Shown here: positions 36,468 to 47,607 of the stretch, piece by piece
How the letters are laid out: each line of letters starts with the position of its first letter
Numbering within the stretch: position 1 is the first letter of the stretch
From: Rhodanobacteraceae bacterium
Lineage (GTDB): Bacteria; Pseudomonadota; Gammaproteobacteria; Xanthomonadales; Rhodanobacteraceae
NCBI GenBank assembly: GCA_025928585.1
Contig: JAICJG010000001.1
Coordinates: forward strand, 548-64,547
Reading direction: 5' to 3'
DNA: 64,000 nt
The notes under the pieces: model-generated
Told to the model about the DNA's origin: nothing
Seen by the model: only the letters and a program-made list of their open reading frames with translations
Databases searched by the model: none
Translations under genes and position numbers: made by a program

Positions 36468-37391
36468 ATGGGAACACTCGCGCGGATTTTGGTCGCCGCG
36501 GTATCGGTCGCGAGCAGCGTGACCTGCACGGCGCAGGCACGCTGGCAACCGTGGCATGCGGCGCAGGTTCCGGGCACCAGTCGCAAGGTGGATCCTGCGC
36601 AACTGCCGCCCGGCATCGCGATCCTGCGTGACGTGCGCTATGGCGACGGCGCCGGTGAAACGTTCGACGTCTACGCGCCGCGGGACGCACACGGCGCGCC
36701 GGTGATCTTCATGGTGCACGGCGGCGGATGGCAGCGCGGCGACAAGGCTGCGCGTGGCGTCGTACAGAACAAGGTCGCGCACTGGGTGCCGCGCGGCTTT
36801 GCCGTAGTGTCAGTGGATTATCCGATGCTGCCGGACACGCTGCCGCTGCAGCAGGCGCGCGACGTGGCGTTGGCGCTTGCGGCCGCGCAGCGCGATGCGC
36901 CGCGGTGGGGCGGCGATCCCGACCGCTTCGTGCTGATGGGTCATTCGGCGGGCGCACACCTGGTGTCGTTGATCAGCGTCGAGCCAGTTGTCGCGACATC
37001 GCAGGGCGCGCTGCCGTGGCTCGGCACGGTCGCCCTCGACAGCGCCGCCTACAACATCGCCACGATCATGCAAGCGCCGCACCTTCGCTTGTACGACGAA
37101 GCCTTCGGCGACGATCCGGCCGCATGGGTCGCACTTTCGCCCATCGCGCAATTGCACGCGAAAATCGCGCCGTTCCTGGCCGTGTGCTCGTCGCGGCGAG
37201 CGGACTCATGCAGCCAGGCCGAAGCGTTCACGACGAAGGCGGGCGGGTTCGGTGCGCGGGTAGAAGTGCTCCCCGAGGACATGCGGCACGGTGAAATCAA
37301 TGAAGTGCTGGGCGAGCCGTCTGCGTACACCACCGCGGTGGACCAGTTTCTCGCAAGCCTCGACCCCTCGCTGGCGGTGCGTTTGCGCTGA
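36468..37391 (+). CDS. Secreted alpha/beta hydrolase (esterase/lipase-like)
   Basis: Has a signal peptide (MGTLARILVAAVSVASSVTCTAQA), the oxyanion HGGGW motif and the nucleophile elbow GHSAGAH. Confidence 0.85.
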   Translation: MGTLARILVAAVSVASSVTCTAQARWQPWHAAQVPGTSRKVDPAQLPPGIAILRDVRYGDGAGETFDVYAPRDAHGAPVIFMVHGGGWQRGDKAARGVVQNKVAHWVPRGFAVVSVDYPMLPDTLPLQQARDVALALAAAQRDAPRWGGDPDRFVLMGHSAGAHLVSLISVEPVVATSQGALPWLGTVALDSAAYNIATIMQAPHLRLYDEAFGDDPAAWVALSPIAQLHAKIAPFLAVCSSRRADSCSQAEAFTTKAGGFGARVEVLPEDMRHGEINEVLGEPSAYTTAVDQFLASLDPSLAVRLR

Positions 37392-37493
37392 GCGCCAGGT
37401 CCGGGACGATTGCTGTCGTATGAACAGGGCGCCTCGGTTTGGATTTGACCGAGGCCCAAGTATCCTTGTGCGGCAAAAACCGACTGGAAGTAC

Positions 37494-37570
37494 GGCCCCG
37501 TAGCTCAGTTGGATAGAGCGTCCCCCTCCTAAGGGGAAGGTCGCCCGTTCGAATCGGGCCGGGGTCGCCA
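37494..37570 (+). tRNA. tRNA-Arg (anticodon CCT)
   Basis: Cloverleaf folded by hand. The acceptor GGCCCCG pairs with CGGGGTC. The D-arm is TAGCTCAGTTGGATAGAGC, the anticodon arm is CCCCC-TCCTAAG-GGGGA with CCT at positions 34-36, the T-arm is GGTTCGAATCC-like (CGCCCGTTCGAATCGGGC), and the CCA end is encoded. Confidence 0.9.
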
Positions 37571-37674
37571 GTCCTGCGTTTCCCCCGCAAGGGAGCCGGC
37601 ATTCGCGTGGCCTACACGTTTCGCCTGCGAGCATGCGCCATCGCGATTGCGCCGGGGCGGCAAAGGTAGTCTGG

Positions 37675-38754
37675 ATGGGGCGACGAATCCTGTTTGGCGT
37701 CTATCACTGGGGTCTTGGCCATGCCACCCGGAGCCTCGGGCTGATCCGCGCGTTGCTGGATCGCGGCGACGAGGTGACGATCCTGATGCAGCCCGGCGGA
37801 GGCATGCAGCTGCTGAAGTCGGAACTCGGTGACGCCTGCGAGTACCTGCCCTTTCAGGACACGCCCGCCCCCTTCAGCCGCTATCCGGTGGTTTTCTACG
37901 TGCGCATGACCGCGGCGATGCCGTGGATCCTGGCGGGTTTCCGGCGCGAGCATCGCTTCACCGAAAAACTGGTTGCGGAGCGACACTTCGACCGCGTGGT
38001 GTCCGACAGCCGCTTCGGCGTGTGGTCGCGCGAAGTGCCGAGCTTTTGCATCCTGCATTCCATCCACCAGCGCGTGCCGTTCTTCAGCCGCTTCACCGAG
38101 TGGTGCGCGGAGCGCGGGCAGCGCGATCTTCTGAAGGGATTCACGAAAATCCTGATCCCGGACGTCGAGGAAAACGGGGGCCTGTCCGGCTGGCTGGGCC
38201 ACGAGCCGAATTTCGACTGGGGCGACGGACGATTGGCCTACATCGGGCCCTTGTCGAGCGTGCCGCGCCTCGACATCGAGCAGGATATCGACGTGTTCTT
38301 CTCGGTTTCCGGCATCGAGCCGCAACGCGGATTGCTGGAGGACCTCGTGCTCGATGCGCTGCCGCGGCTGTCCGGCAAGGTCGTCGTGACGCTCGGCCGG
38401 CCACGGGACGCCGGCGAATGCCGCGAAGTCGCGGGTGCGACCGTATACGACTATCTCGATCGCGAACGCCAGGCCGAAATGCTCAACCGCGCCAAGCTGG
38501 TGATGACCCGATCGGGCTATACCACCCTGATGGAACTCGCAGGTTTGGGCAGGCGGGCGCTGTTCGTCGCGACACCTGGCCAGAGCGAACAGGAATACCT
38601 CGCGCGGTTCCATCGCGAGCGCGGGCACGTGTGGTCGGTGGAGCAGAAGCACATGGACATCCCGCGCGACCTGGAGCGAGCCAAGGCCATGCGCGGCATA
38701 CCGCAAATGGACGCGGGCGCCTCAGTCGGACGATTTCTTGCCGCCATCGCCTGA
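37675..38754 (+). CDS. GT-B fold glycosyltransferase (MurG/GT28-related, MJ1255-like)
   Basis: ATG at 37675 gives MGRRILFGVYHWGLGHATRSLGLIRALLDRGDEV (N-terminal G-rich loop). The C-terminal donor-binding block is AKLVMTRSGYTTLMELAGLGRRALFVATPGQSEQEYLA. Its 3' end overlaps the convergent hpnL-like gene by 33 nt. Confidence 0.7.
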   Translation: MGRRILFGVYHWGLGHATRSLGLIRALLDRGDEVTILMQPGGGMQLLKSELGDACEYLPFQDTPAPFSRYPVVFYVRMTAAMPWILAGFRREHRFTEKLVAERHFDRVVSDSRFGVWSREVPSFCILHSIHQRVPFFSRFTEWCAERGQRDLLKGFTKILIPDVEENGGLSGWLGHEPNFDWGDGRLAYIGPLSSVPRLDIEQDIDVFFSVSGIEPQRGLLEDLVLDALPRLSGKVVVTLGRPRDAGECREVAGATVYDYLDRERQAEMLNRAKLVMTRSGYTTLMELAGLGRRALFVATPGQSEQEYLARFHRERGHVWSVEQKHMDIPRDLERAKAMRGIPQMDAGASVGRFLAAIA

Positions 38755-39726
38755 GTCGTGCTTGCCCCCGGACGGCATTTCGCGCCAGGTCGCGCCGACG
38801 ATAGGCAGCGAAAACATCCAGATGGCGCCGGTCCACACGATCCGGAAGCCGAGCATCATCGCGAGGCCGTCGGTGTAGCCGATGCCGTACGCCTGCGCGA
38901 TCACCATGCCGAGCAGGTCGATGGTGCCGATCTGGCTGACGAGACCCGCGCCGATCAGGATCACCGCGAGCGAGAACGCGTAGATCGTGGCGGCACTCCA
39001 GTAGTCGAGATGCTGCACGTGCATGCCGCGCCCGACCTGCCAGAACGCGATGGTCAGTGCGCCCAGGTATATGGCGGCCAGCACCAGGCTGACGCCGATC
39101 GTGTGCGGCGTGCACAGCTTGCGCAGGCCATCGAGCAATTCGACGCCGCCCTTGGCGATCTTCTTCAGCCATTCCCGGCGCACCCCGCCCGCGAGCTTGC
39201 GGGCCTTGTCCTCGAACACGACCGCGCCCGCCACGAACGCGACGAACAGTACCAGCAGCGCCACCGCCACCCAGCGGACCTCGCCCCAGCCCGGCAGCCC
39301 CATGACCGCCAGGAACAGGAAGACGACCGCGATCTCGACGAGCAGCATCATCACCGTGGCGGCGGCGCTGCGACCGACGTGCACTCGGCGCGAGGCCGAC
39401 ATCACCCAGTTCTGCGAAAACAGCCCGAGCGGCAACGTCACCGTCAGTTCGCCCACCGCGAATGCCAGCCAGAACGGGCGCGGCGAGATGCACACGCCGA
39501 TCCGGTTCAGCATCAGCCTGAGTTGCACCGCCTTGCAGCCGAGGTACACCGCGGCGGCGCCGACCGAAATGCCGATGACGTGGAGCGGCAGGCCGCGCAG
39601 CCGCGCCATCACCTTGCCGAGGTCGCCGAGGTTGAACGCGAACACCAGCAGTGCGGCCGCCAGCAGCACGGGCAGCACCACTCCGGGTTTGAGGACGTGC
39701 CGGATCCTGGACAGGAGTTTCAGCAT
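38722..39726 (-). CDS. hpnL: UPF0104 / lysyl-PG-synthase-TM (flippase-like) membrane protein, HpnL-like
   Basis: ATG at 39726 (MLKLLSRIRHVLKPGVVLPVLLAAALLVFAF). It has about 8 TM helices with the UPF0104 architecture. The start overlaps the upstream acyltransferase stop by 7 nt. Its position in the hpn locus matches TIGRFAM HpnL (recollection, not searched). Confidence 0.65.
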   Translation of the reverse strand: MLKLLSRIRHVLKPGVVLPVLLAAALLVFAFNLGDLGKVMARLRGLPLHVIGISVGAAAVYLGCKAVQLRLMLNRIGVCISPRPFWLAFAVGELTVTLPLGLFSQNWVMSASRRVHVGRSAAATVMMLLVEIAVVFLFLAVMGLPGWGEVRWVAVALLVLFVAFVAGAVVFEDKARKLAGGVRREWLKKIAKGGVELLDGLRKLCTPHTIGVSLVLAAIYLGALTIAFWQVGRGMHVQHLDYWSAATIYAFSLAVILIGAGLVSQIGTIDLLGMVIAQAYGIGYTDGLAMMLGFRIVWTGAIWMFSLPIVGATWREMPSGGKHDSGDGGKKSSD

Positions 39727-41021
39727 GGCGCCAGACGGTCGATGTCGGGCAGGAAGTCCGATAGCGCATTGTCCAGGTAGCGGACGACATTTTCTGGACG
39801 CCGCCACCCTGGCGGCACGTCGCACGGGCAGGTGTTCCGGAACGAGGTGCCTTCGCGGGCCACCAGCCCCTTGCGGTGCAGCCACTGCAATCTGCGGGCG
39901 GTGAGCCGGTCGACCGGTACCCGTTCAAACAGCGGGTCCACGGCCGCGCCGTGCCTGACCAGGCTGGCGTGCGCGTCCGCGAGCCACCGGGTAAGTTCGC
40001 CGGCCGCGAACACGGGCGACCCGTGCAGGAGAAAACGTGCGAGCAGGTAGCTCGGCGTGATCGTTACCAGATCGAGCACCGCTTGCCGCAGCTTCGCATC
40101 GAAATCGCGGCGCTCCACACGGGTGTCGGCGCGAAATGCCTGGCCCGCCCGGATCACCACCCGCGATTTTCCGGGTGCGAGCGTGTCGTAGCCGAGCCCG
40201 ATCGGCTGGATCCAAGGGGGCGACTCGGCCATGCGGGCGACGCGGAAGAACCCGCCGCGAACGCGACCAAAAGGTCCGGTTTCCGAAATCGTGCCTTCCG
40301 GCGAGAAGTAGATGCAGCACCCCCGGTCGAGGCGTCGCGCGAAGTGGGCGATTTGCCGTTCGACCGTGGCGCGAAAGCCCGGCGCGATGGCGGCGCGTGC
40401 CTCGTGGCCAAGCCTGCGCAGCCCCCACCAGCGCTCCAGCGCATCGTCGGAACGTTCGAGCAGCGCATTCACGGAACACGCGCCAGGATGGACGCCGGTT
40501 TCCCGCCGCCCGCGCGGGTTCAGCAGCGAACCCGCGTCCGCAGCGCCGAACCCCTCGGCCGCCAGCATGCACAGCGCTTCGCCGAGGGTGAATTCGCGGA
40601 CCCGCCGCATCGGTTCGGTACGCCCCAGCGGGAAGAACCACGCCAGCGAAATCCGGCGGAGCAGTCCCGAAACGGGGCGCGGCCAGTGCCCCGTGAGCCG
40701 CGCGAGTATTCCCGGGCGAAACAGGTCTTCGCGCGTCGCGTAGAAAGGCAAAGCGCCGAGGAAGCGCAGCCCGCGGCGATCCAGCAGCATGGTCCCCAAT
40801 ATCGGGCCGTCGATGTCCCGCTGGTGGTTGGATGCGACCATCGAGCCCGGCCGCATGCGGAAATCTTGCGGCAGCAGAACCTCACGGCGGTATACCGCGC
40901 TGATGTACAGATCGCCCGCGAACCGGAACAGCCAACTCGCAACCGGGTGGGGGTCGGCATCTTGGGTCGGCCATGTCTCGCGCGTGCGGATGGAGAACGC
41001 TGGCTCTGCGCGACGTTGCAT
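39720..41021 (-). CDS. PlsC-type (lysophospholipid) acyltransferase family protein, unusually long (433 aa)
   Basis: Contains the HX4D catalytic motif in VASNHQRDIDGPILG and a later FSPEGTIS (EGT-type) block. The ATG at 41021 directly abuts the TGA of the upstream GT2 gene (TGAATG). Confidence 0.7.
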   Translation of the reverse strand: MQRRAEPAFSIRTRETWPTQDADPHPVASWLFRFAGDLYISAVYRREVLLPQDFRMRPGSMVASNHQRDIDGPILGTMLLDRRGLRFLGALPFYATREDLFRPGILARLTGHWPRPVSGLLRRISLAWFFPLGRTEPMRRVREFTLGEALCMLAAEGFGAADAGSLLNPRGRRETGVHPGACSVNALLERSDDALERWWGLRRLGHEARAAIAPGFRATVERQIAHFARRLDRGCCIYFSPEGTISETGPFGRVRGGFFRVARMAESPPWIQPIGLGYDTLAPGKSRVVIRAGQAFRADTRVERRDFDAKLRQAVLDLVTITPSYLLARFLLHGSPVFAAGELTRWLADAHASLVRHGAAVDPLFERVPVDRLTARRLQWLHRKGLVAREGTSFRNTCPCDVPPGWRRPENVVRYLDNALSDFLPDIDRLAPC

Positions 41022-42131
41022 TCAACCGGCCCCGCGCTGGTAATGGCGGTCCTTCCACACCGAACGCGTGCCGCCGAGTGCGCGCCACGCGGAGTACCAG
41101 GCCGTGACGAGGAAGAAGGTCGCCGTCGCTGGCAGCAGCACCGCCGCCAGCGGATTGCGCCGGTAGTACACGAGGGTCGGCAGGTAACAGCAGCCCAGCA
41201 CGAGCCACGCGCCTGCGCCGAGCCAGCGGGCCGCGCCGTGACCCGCGGCCACCGCGAGCACCGGAATCCAGAACGCCAGCACCAGCAACGCCGTTGCCGC
41301 GATCAGCAACGCGAGCGATTCGCGCAACTGCACGAATGCCGTGCGCGCGATCATGTGGGCGATCCCACCGGCGTCTGCACGGCGCAGGCTCGTCGCGCCG
41401 CGGGTGAGCCCGATCCAGCAGCGATGGCCGGCCCGCTTGACGTGCGCGGCCAGCGTGCAATCATCGATGATGGCGTCTCGCCACGCGCCAAAGCCGCCGG
41501 CGTCCGCAAGTGCCTGCCGGTCCACCAGGACGACGCCGCCGGCCGCGGCCGCAACCCGCGAACGCATCCGGTTCGCGAGCCGGAACGGATACAGCAGCTT
41601 GAAGAAGTACACGAACGCGGGCATCAGCCAGCGCGCAGCCGCACCCGCCCAGCACGGTTCGGCGCACACCGACACCAGCGCATAACCCTCGTCGGCCTTG
41701 CGTTGCAGGGAGGCGGGCATGCCCCGCGTCAGCCGGATGTCCGCATCGAGCAGCAGCACGCGCGGCGTCGTGACATTCCGAATGCCTTGTTCCAGCGCCC
41801 AGAGCTTGCCGGTCCATCCGGCCGCCGGCGGTGTGCCCCGGATGAGCGTGAGATCGTCGAGGCCGCTGCCGCGGGCAACGGCCGCGGTCTCATCATCGGA
41901 TTGGTCGTCGATCACGATCACCGGTGCGCCTCGCGCGCAGACACGCAGCGCCGCGAGCGTGTCGCCCAGTACCGCCGCTTCGTTGCGCGCGGGGATCAAG
42001 ACCGTGAAGCCGGCTGGCTGCGCATCTTCGGCATCGTCGGCTTCCAGCCTCTCCGTGCAGCGCCATGCCTGCCACGGGAGCAACAGGACCGCCAGCCAGA
42101 GTGCGAGCGAGACGGCGGCGAGGATCAGCAT
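41022..42131 (-). CDS. hpnB: Family-2 glycosyltransferase, hopene-associated HpnB-like
   Basis: ATG at 42131. It has an N-terminal TM, then VLIPARNEAAVLGDTL...VIVIDDQSDDET...LLDADI (GT-A DxD). WTGKLWAL is present, and C-terminal TM helices follow. It lies 28 nt downstream of hpnH. Confidence 0.7.
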   Translation of the reverse strand: MLILAAVSLALWLAVLLLPWQAWRCTERLEADDAEDAQPAGFTVLIPARNEAAVLGDTLAALRVCARGAPVIVIDDQSDDETAAVARGSGLDDLTLIRGTPPAAGWTGKLWALEQGIRNVTTPRVLLLDADIRLTRGMPASLQRKADEGYALVSVCAEPCWAGAAARWLMPAFVYFFKLLYPFRLANRMRSRVAAAAGGVVLVDRQALADAGGFGAWRDAIIDDCTLAAHVKRAGHRCWIGLTRGATSLRRADAGGIAHMIARTAFVQLRESLALLIAATALLVLAFWIPVLAVAAGHGAARWLGAGAWLVLGCCYLPTLVYYRRNPLAAVLLPATATFFLVTAWYSAWRALGGTRSVWKDRHYQRGAG

Positions 42132-42159
42132 GTGGTGCCCGCCCGGCAGCGTCGGCGGG

Positions 42160-43290
42160 TCAGTTCCTGACGCCGCCGAAGTGCGCGATGGGAACGTTGC
42201 TGTGCGGGCTTCGCTGGTTGGGCTCGGGGGTGTCGTAGAGGATCGGCGGGTCGGCCGCGAACGCGCCCGTGAGCTTCGGCCCGCGGACGCTGGCCCAGAA
42301 GGCTTTGAGCGGATGCCGGAACGAATCGTCGGCCGCGGTGCCTTCGAAGCCGCAATGCGCCATGCAGTTCGCGCATTTTGGATTGCGCCCGACCCCGTAA
42401 TTTTCCCAATCGGTCTTCTCGATGAGGTCCGTGAAGGTGGGTACGTAGCCTTCGTCGACCAGCAGGTAGCACGGCTTCTGCCAGCCGAACACGTTGCGGC
42501 ACGGCATGCTCCACGCGGTGCACTGGTAGCCCTGGTTGCCGCACACGAAATCGAGGAAGAGGCTGGACTGCGACAGCGCCCATTTGCTGCGCTTTTCCTT
42601 CCTGCGCCGGAAGATCTGGCGCATCAGTTCCTTGGACTGGCGACGACCCATGAACACGTCCTGGCGCGGTGCGTGCTCGTAGGCGAAGCCCGGAGAGAAG
42701 GTGATGCCGTCGACCCCGAGATCATAGGTCGCGAAATCGAAGAATTCGGCGACTTCCTCGGGCTTGGCGGTGGTGAACAGGGTGGTGTTGATGTTGACCC
42801 GGAATCCGCGGCGCTTGGCTTCGCGGATCGCGGCCACCGCCGTGTCGAACACACCCTCGCGACCGACGCTTTCATCGTGCCGTTCGCGCATCCCGTCGAG
42901 GTGTACCGAGAACGTCAGGTGGTCGGATGGCGTGAACAGGTCGAGTTTCTTCTCGAGCAGGATCGCGTTGGTGCACAGATAGATGTACTTGCCGCGCGCG
43001 AGGAAGCCGTCGACGATCTCCTTGATGTCCTTGTGGACGAGTGGCTCGCCACCGGCGAGCGACACCATTGGCGCGCCGCATTCGTCCACTGCGTGCATGC
43101 ATTCCTCGACCGAAAGGCGCTCTTTCAGGATGTGCGAGTCGTAATCGATCTTGCCGCATCCGGGGCAGGCGAGATTGCACTGGAACAACGGCTCCAACAT
43201 CAGCGTCAGCGGATAACGTTTCACGCCGCGCAGCTTTTGGCCGATGATGTAGCTCGCGACCTTGACTTGTTGACGGATGGGGATGGACAT
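42160..43290 (-). CDS. hpnH: Adenosyl-hopene transferase, radical SAM (HpnH)
   Basis: ATG at 43290 (MSIPIRQQVKVASYIIGQKLRGVKRYPLTLMLEPLFQCNLACPGCGKI, with the CxxxCxxC cluster). Contains SLAGGEPL and LCTNAILL. The C-terminal Cys-rich CANCMAHCGFE follows the HpnH pattern. Confidence 0.88.
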   Translation of the reverse strand: MSIPIRQQVKVASYIIGQKLRGVKRYPLTLMLEPLFQCNLACPGCGKIDYDSHILKERLSVEECMHAVDECGAPMVSLAGGEPLVHKDIKEIVDGFLARGKYIYLCTNAILLEKKLDLFTPSDHLTFSVHLDGMRERHDESVGREGVFDTAVAAIREAKRRGFRVNINTTLFTTAKPEEVAEFFDFATYDLGVDGITFSPGFAYEHAPRQDVFMGRRQSKELMRQIFRRRKEKRSKWALSQSSLFLDFVCGNQGYQCTAWSMPCRNVFGWQKPCYLLVDEGYVPTFTDLIEKTDWENYGVGRNPKCANCMAHCGFEGTAADDSFRHPLKAFWASVRGPKLTGAFAADPPILYDTPEPNQRSPHSNVPIAHFGGVRN

Positions 43291-43448
43291 TCGTTGACTC
43301 CTCTGGCGCGGAGGCGCCCGGGGTGTGACCGGCGGGCGGTTGCAGTCGGTGGGGCTGGTCCCGATAGTGGACCCGCATGTGTCAAGGTGGCGTTGACGCG
43401 ACCCTCCCGCATCGCGGGCGAGCGCGGAATGCAGCAAAAAAACTTGCC

Positions 43449-43660
43449 GCGGATCGACCCGGGCCGACACAGCTGGAGCGAAAAGCAATTTGACGCGGAT
43501 AAAGCGGATGAACGCGGATCGAAGCAGAAGCATCAACGCGAATTGCGCGGATGAACATGGATGAAGCTCCCCGATTGGTTGCTTGACCCCCCCCTCTATC
43601 CGCGCTCCTCCGCTTCGGGAATTTCCTTTGCCCGATCCGTGTTGGTCGGTATATATCCGT
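43449..43660. promoter_or_regulatory. Array of GCGGAT hexamers (5 copies, 43449-43552) mirrored by ATCCG(C/T) (3 copies, 43598-43660) in the 420-bp gap between the idi and hpnH operons
   Basis: Counted directly. GCGGAT occurs at 43449, 43495, 43504, 43514 and 43547. ATCCGC occurs at 43598 and ATCCGT at 43635 and 43655. Two CAAAAAAACTT boxes lie at about 43435 and 43663. The region is visibly less GC-rich than its surroundings. Confidence 0.4.
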
Positions 43661-43710
43661 GTCAAAAAAACTTCCTTTGCTCTTTCGCGGCCCTCCGCAC
43701 GAGGTTCGTA

Positions 43711-44308
43711 TCAGTCCGTGGCAAGGGAATGCTTTTCGGGCAGGCGGGGCGTACCCTCGGGCAACCGGTCCGCGAACTCGCCGCGCAGCCGCTGCCATTC
43801 CAGTTTCAGCCACGGGGTGAAGCGTTCGGGCGTTTCGGCGATCTCGCGGTCGAGCGCTTCCGGCATCACGTAGCGCCATGCCGCAATCTCGGTCGCGTTG
43901 ACGTGCACCGGCGCGTCGGATGTGCCGACGTACACCCAGCACAGTTCCGTCTCGGAGCCGGCGTCCCCGTACTCCGCGTGGTACTGGAACTTGTAGACGA
44001 ATTCGAGCGGGCAGGTGAAACCGAGCTCCTCGCGCAGGCGGCGCCGGGTGGCGGCGACCATGTCCTCGCCGCCGCGCGGATGGCTGCAGCAGCTGTTGGC
44101 CCAATAGCCGGGCCATAGCGGCTTGCCCGTCGCGCGCTGCTGGAGCAGGAGTGCGCCCGCCGAATTGAACACGAACAGAGAGAACGCGCGATGCAGGATG
44201 CCTTTGCCCGCGTGCGCGTCGGCCTTGTTGGCGTGGCCGATCTCGCGGTCGGCGGCATCCACCAGGATCAGCCGCTCGGAATCGAACGACACCACGCGAT
44301 CATCGTGC

Positions 44309-44316
<8 letters not shown>
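43711..44316 (-). CDS. idi: Isopentenyl-diphosphate delta-isomerase, type 1 (Nudix)
   Basis: Contains HRAFSLFVFNSAGALLLQQRATGKPLWPGYWANSCCSHP.GGE...RRRLREELG, with the catalytic Cys and Glu blocks. The TTG start at 44316 overlaps the upstream stop by 8 nt, and later in-frame GTG starts are possible. Confidence 0.88.
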
Positions 44317-46567
<2,251 letters not shown>

Positions 46568-46584
46568 GCTGGTTCCTTGCAGCT

Positions 46585-47607
46585 TCAATCGGCGACGATG
46601 GTTTCCAGACCCCGCGGGTCCGCACCCAGGTCGATCGTGGTGAATCCGGCCTCGGTGGCGCGTTTCGTGAATTCCCGCAACCGCATATCATCCATGGCGA
46701 ACGTGACGCCCACGTCACCACCGCCCGCGCCGCAGCTCTTGTAGACGGCGTCGCACTCCGCCGCCAGTGCAGCCAGGAGGCGGTGCCCGCGGCTCGCGAT
46801 GTCCACTCCGCCGGCCTCGCCGAAGCGCGCCAACGCTTGCGCATAATCGTCGAGGCTGGACAGGAAGGATGCGGCATCGTGACCCACAACGGCGTCGACA
46901 CCGCGTGAAGATATTGTAGCGAGTTCGCCCATGCGGGCGGCATGCCCGGACGGGTCGCGTTCATGCCATGCCGCCACCGCGCCGAGCATCTCCTCGGTCG
47001 AAGCCGGCCGGCCGCTGAACACGCAGCACCAGCGCAAGCCACGGGGGAGTTGCAGCGGCACGCATTCCGGCGTGCCTCCCGGGAGTTGGAAGCGCGACAG
47101 TCCGCCGGCCAGCGCGGCGGCGGTGTCGATGCCGCTGCCGCGCCCGTGCTGGATCGCGCGGTGCACGGAGATGCATTCCGCGAGCGTCGGCGCGGGTCGT
47201 CCCGCGCAGGCGTGCAGCGCGCCGAGCAGGGCGACCGTGAGCGCGGCGCTGGAACCCAGGCCGAGCTTTACCCGCTCGCCGGGGCGTTCGAGGAAGAACG
47301 CGTCGCTGTCGAGCTCGACGCGGCACGGGAGCAGCGCGGCCGCGAACGGCAATTGCGCGAACAGCGAGGCGAGCCATGACAGTTCGCGGGCGGGCGTGCC
47401 GCACCAGTCGACCCCGCCGGGCCCGACGCGCAGGCGCGCGTGGAGCCCAAGGGTGGGCGACGCGATCTCCCATGCGTTTCCGTGCATTGGATCCAGCGTA
47501 ACCCTGGCCCGCCGGTCGACCGCGATCACCAGCGCGGGCGCACCTTCCAGTACCGCGTATTCGCCGAGCAGCACCAGCTTGCCGGGTGCGCTTGCGGTGA
47601 TGCGCAT
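46585..47607 (-). CDS. mvaK2: Phosphomevalonate kinase (GHMP family)
   Basis: ATG at 47607 (MRITASAPGKLVLLGEYAVLEGAPALV). The GHMP motif is GLGSSAALTVALLGAL, and KSCGAGGGD is C-terminal. It sits between the MVD and HMGR::MVK genes. Confidence 0.8.
   Translation of the reverse strand: MRITASAPGKLVLLGEYAVLEGAPALVIAVDRRARVTLDPMHGNAWEIASPTLGLHARLRVGPGGVDWCGTPARELSWLASLFAQLPFAAALLPCRVELDSDAFFLERPGERVKLGLGSSAALTVALLGALHACAGRPAPTLAECISVHRAIQHGRGSGIDTAAALAGGLSRFQLPGGTPECVPLQLPRGLRWCCVFSGRPASTEEMLGAVAAWHERDPSGHAARMGELATISSRGVDAVVGHDAASFLSSLDDYAQALARFGEAGGVDIASRGHRLLAALAAECDAVYKSCGAGGGDVGVTFAMDDMRLREFTKRATEAGFTTIDLGADPRGLETIVAD

Noticed and set aside
38722-38754. 33-nt convergent overlap of the GT-B glycosyltransferase and hpnL-like genes as a possible mis-annotation or antisense regulation
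   Set aside because: Both reading frames stay open up to their stop codons, so the stops define the overlap. I cannot tell by eye whether the extreme C-terminal residues are conserved. A short 3' overlap of convergent genes is not unusual, and there is no evidence of a regulatory role.
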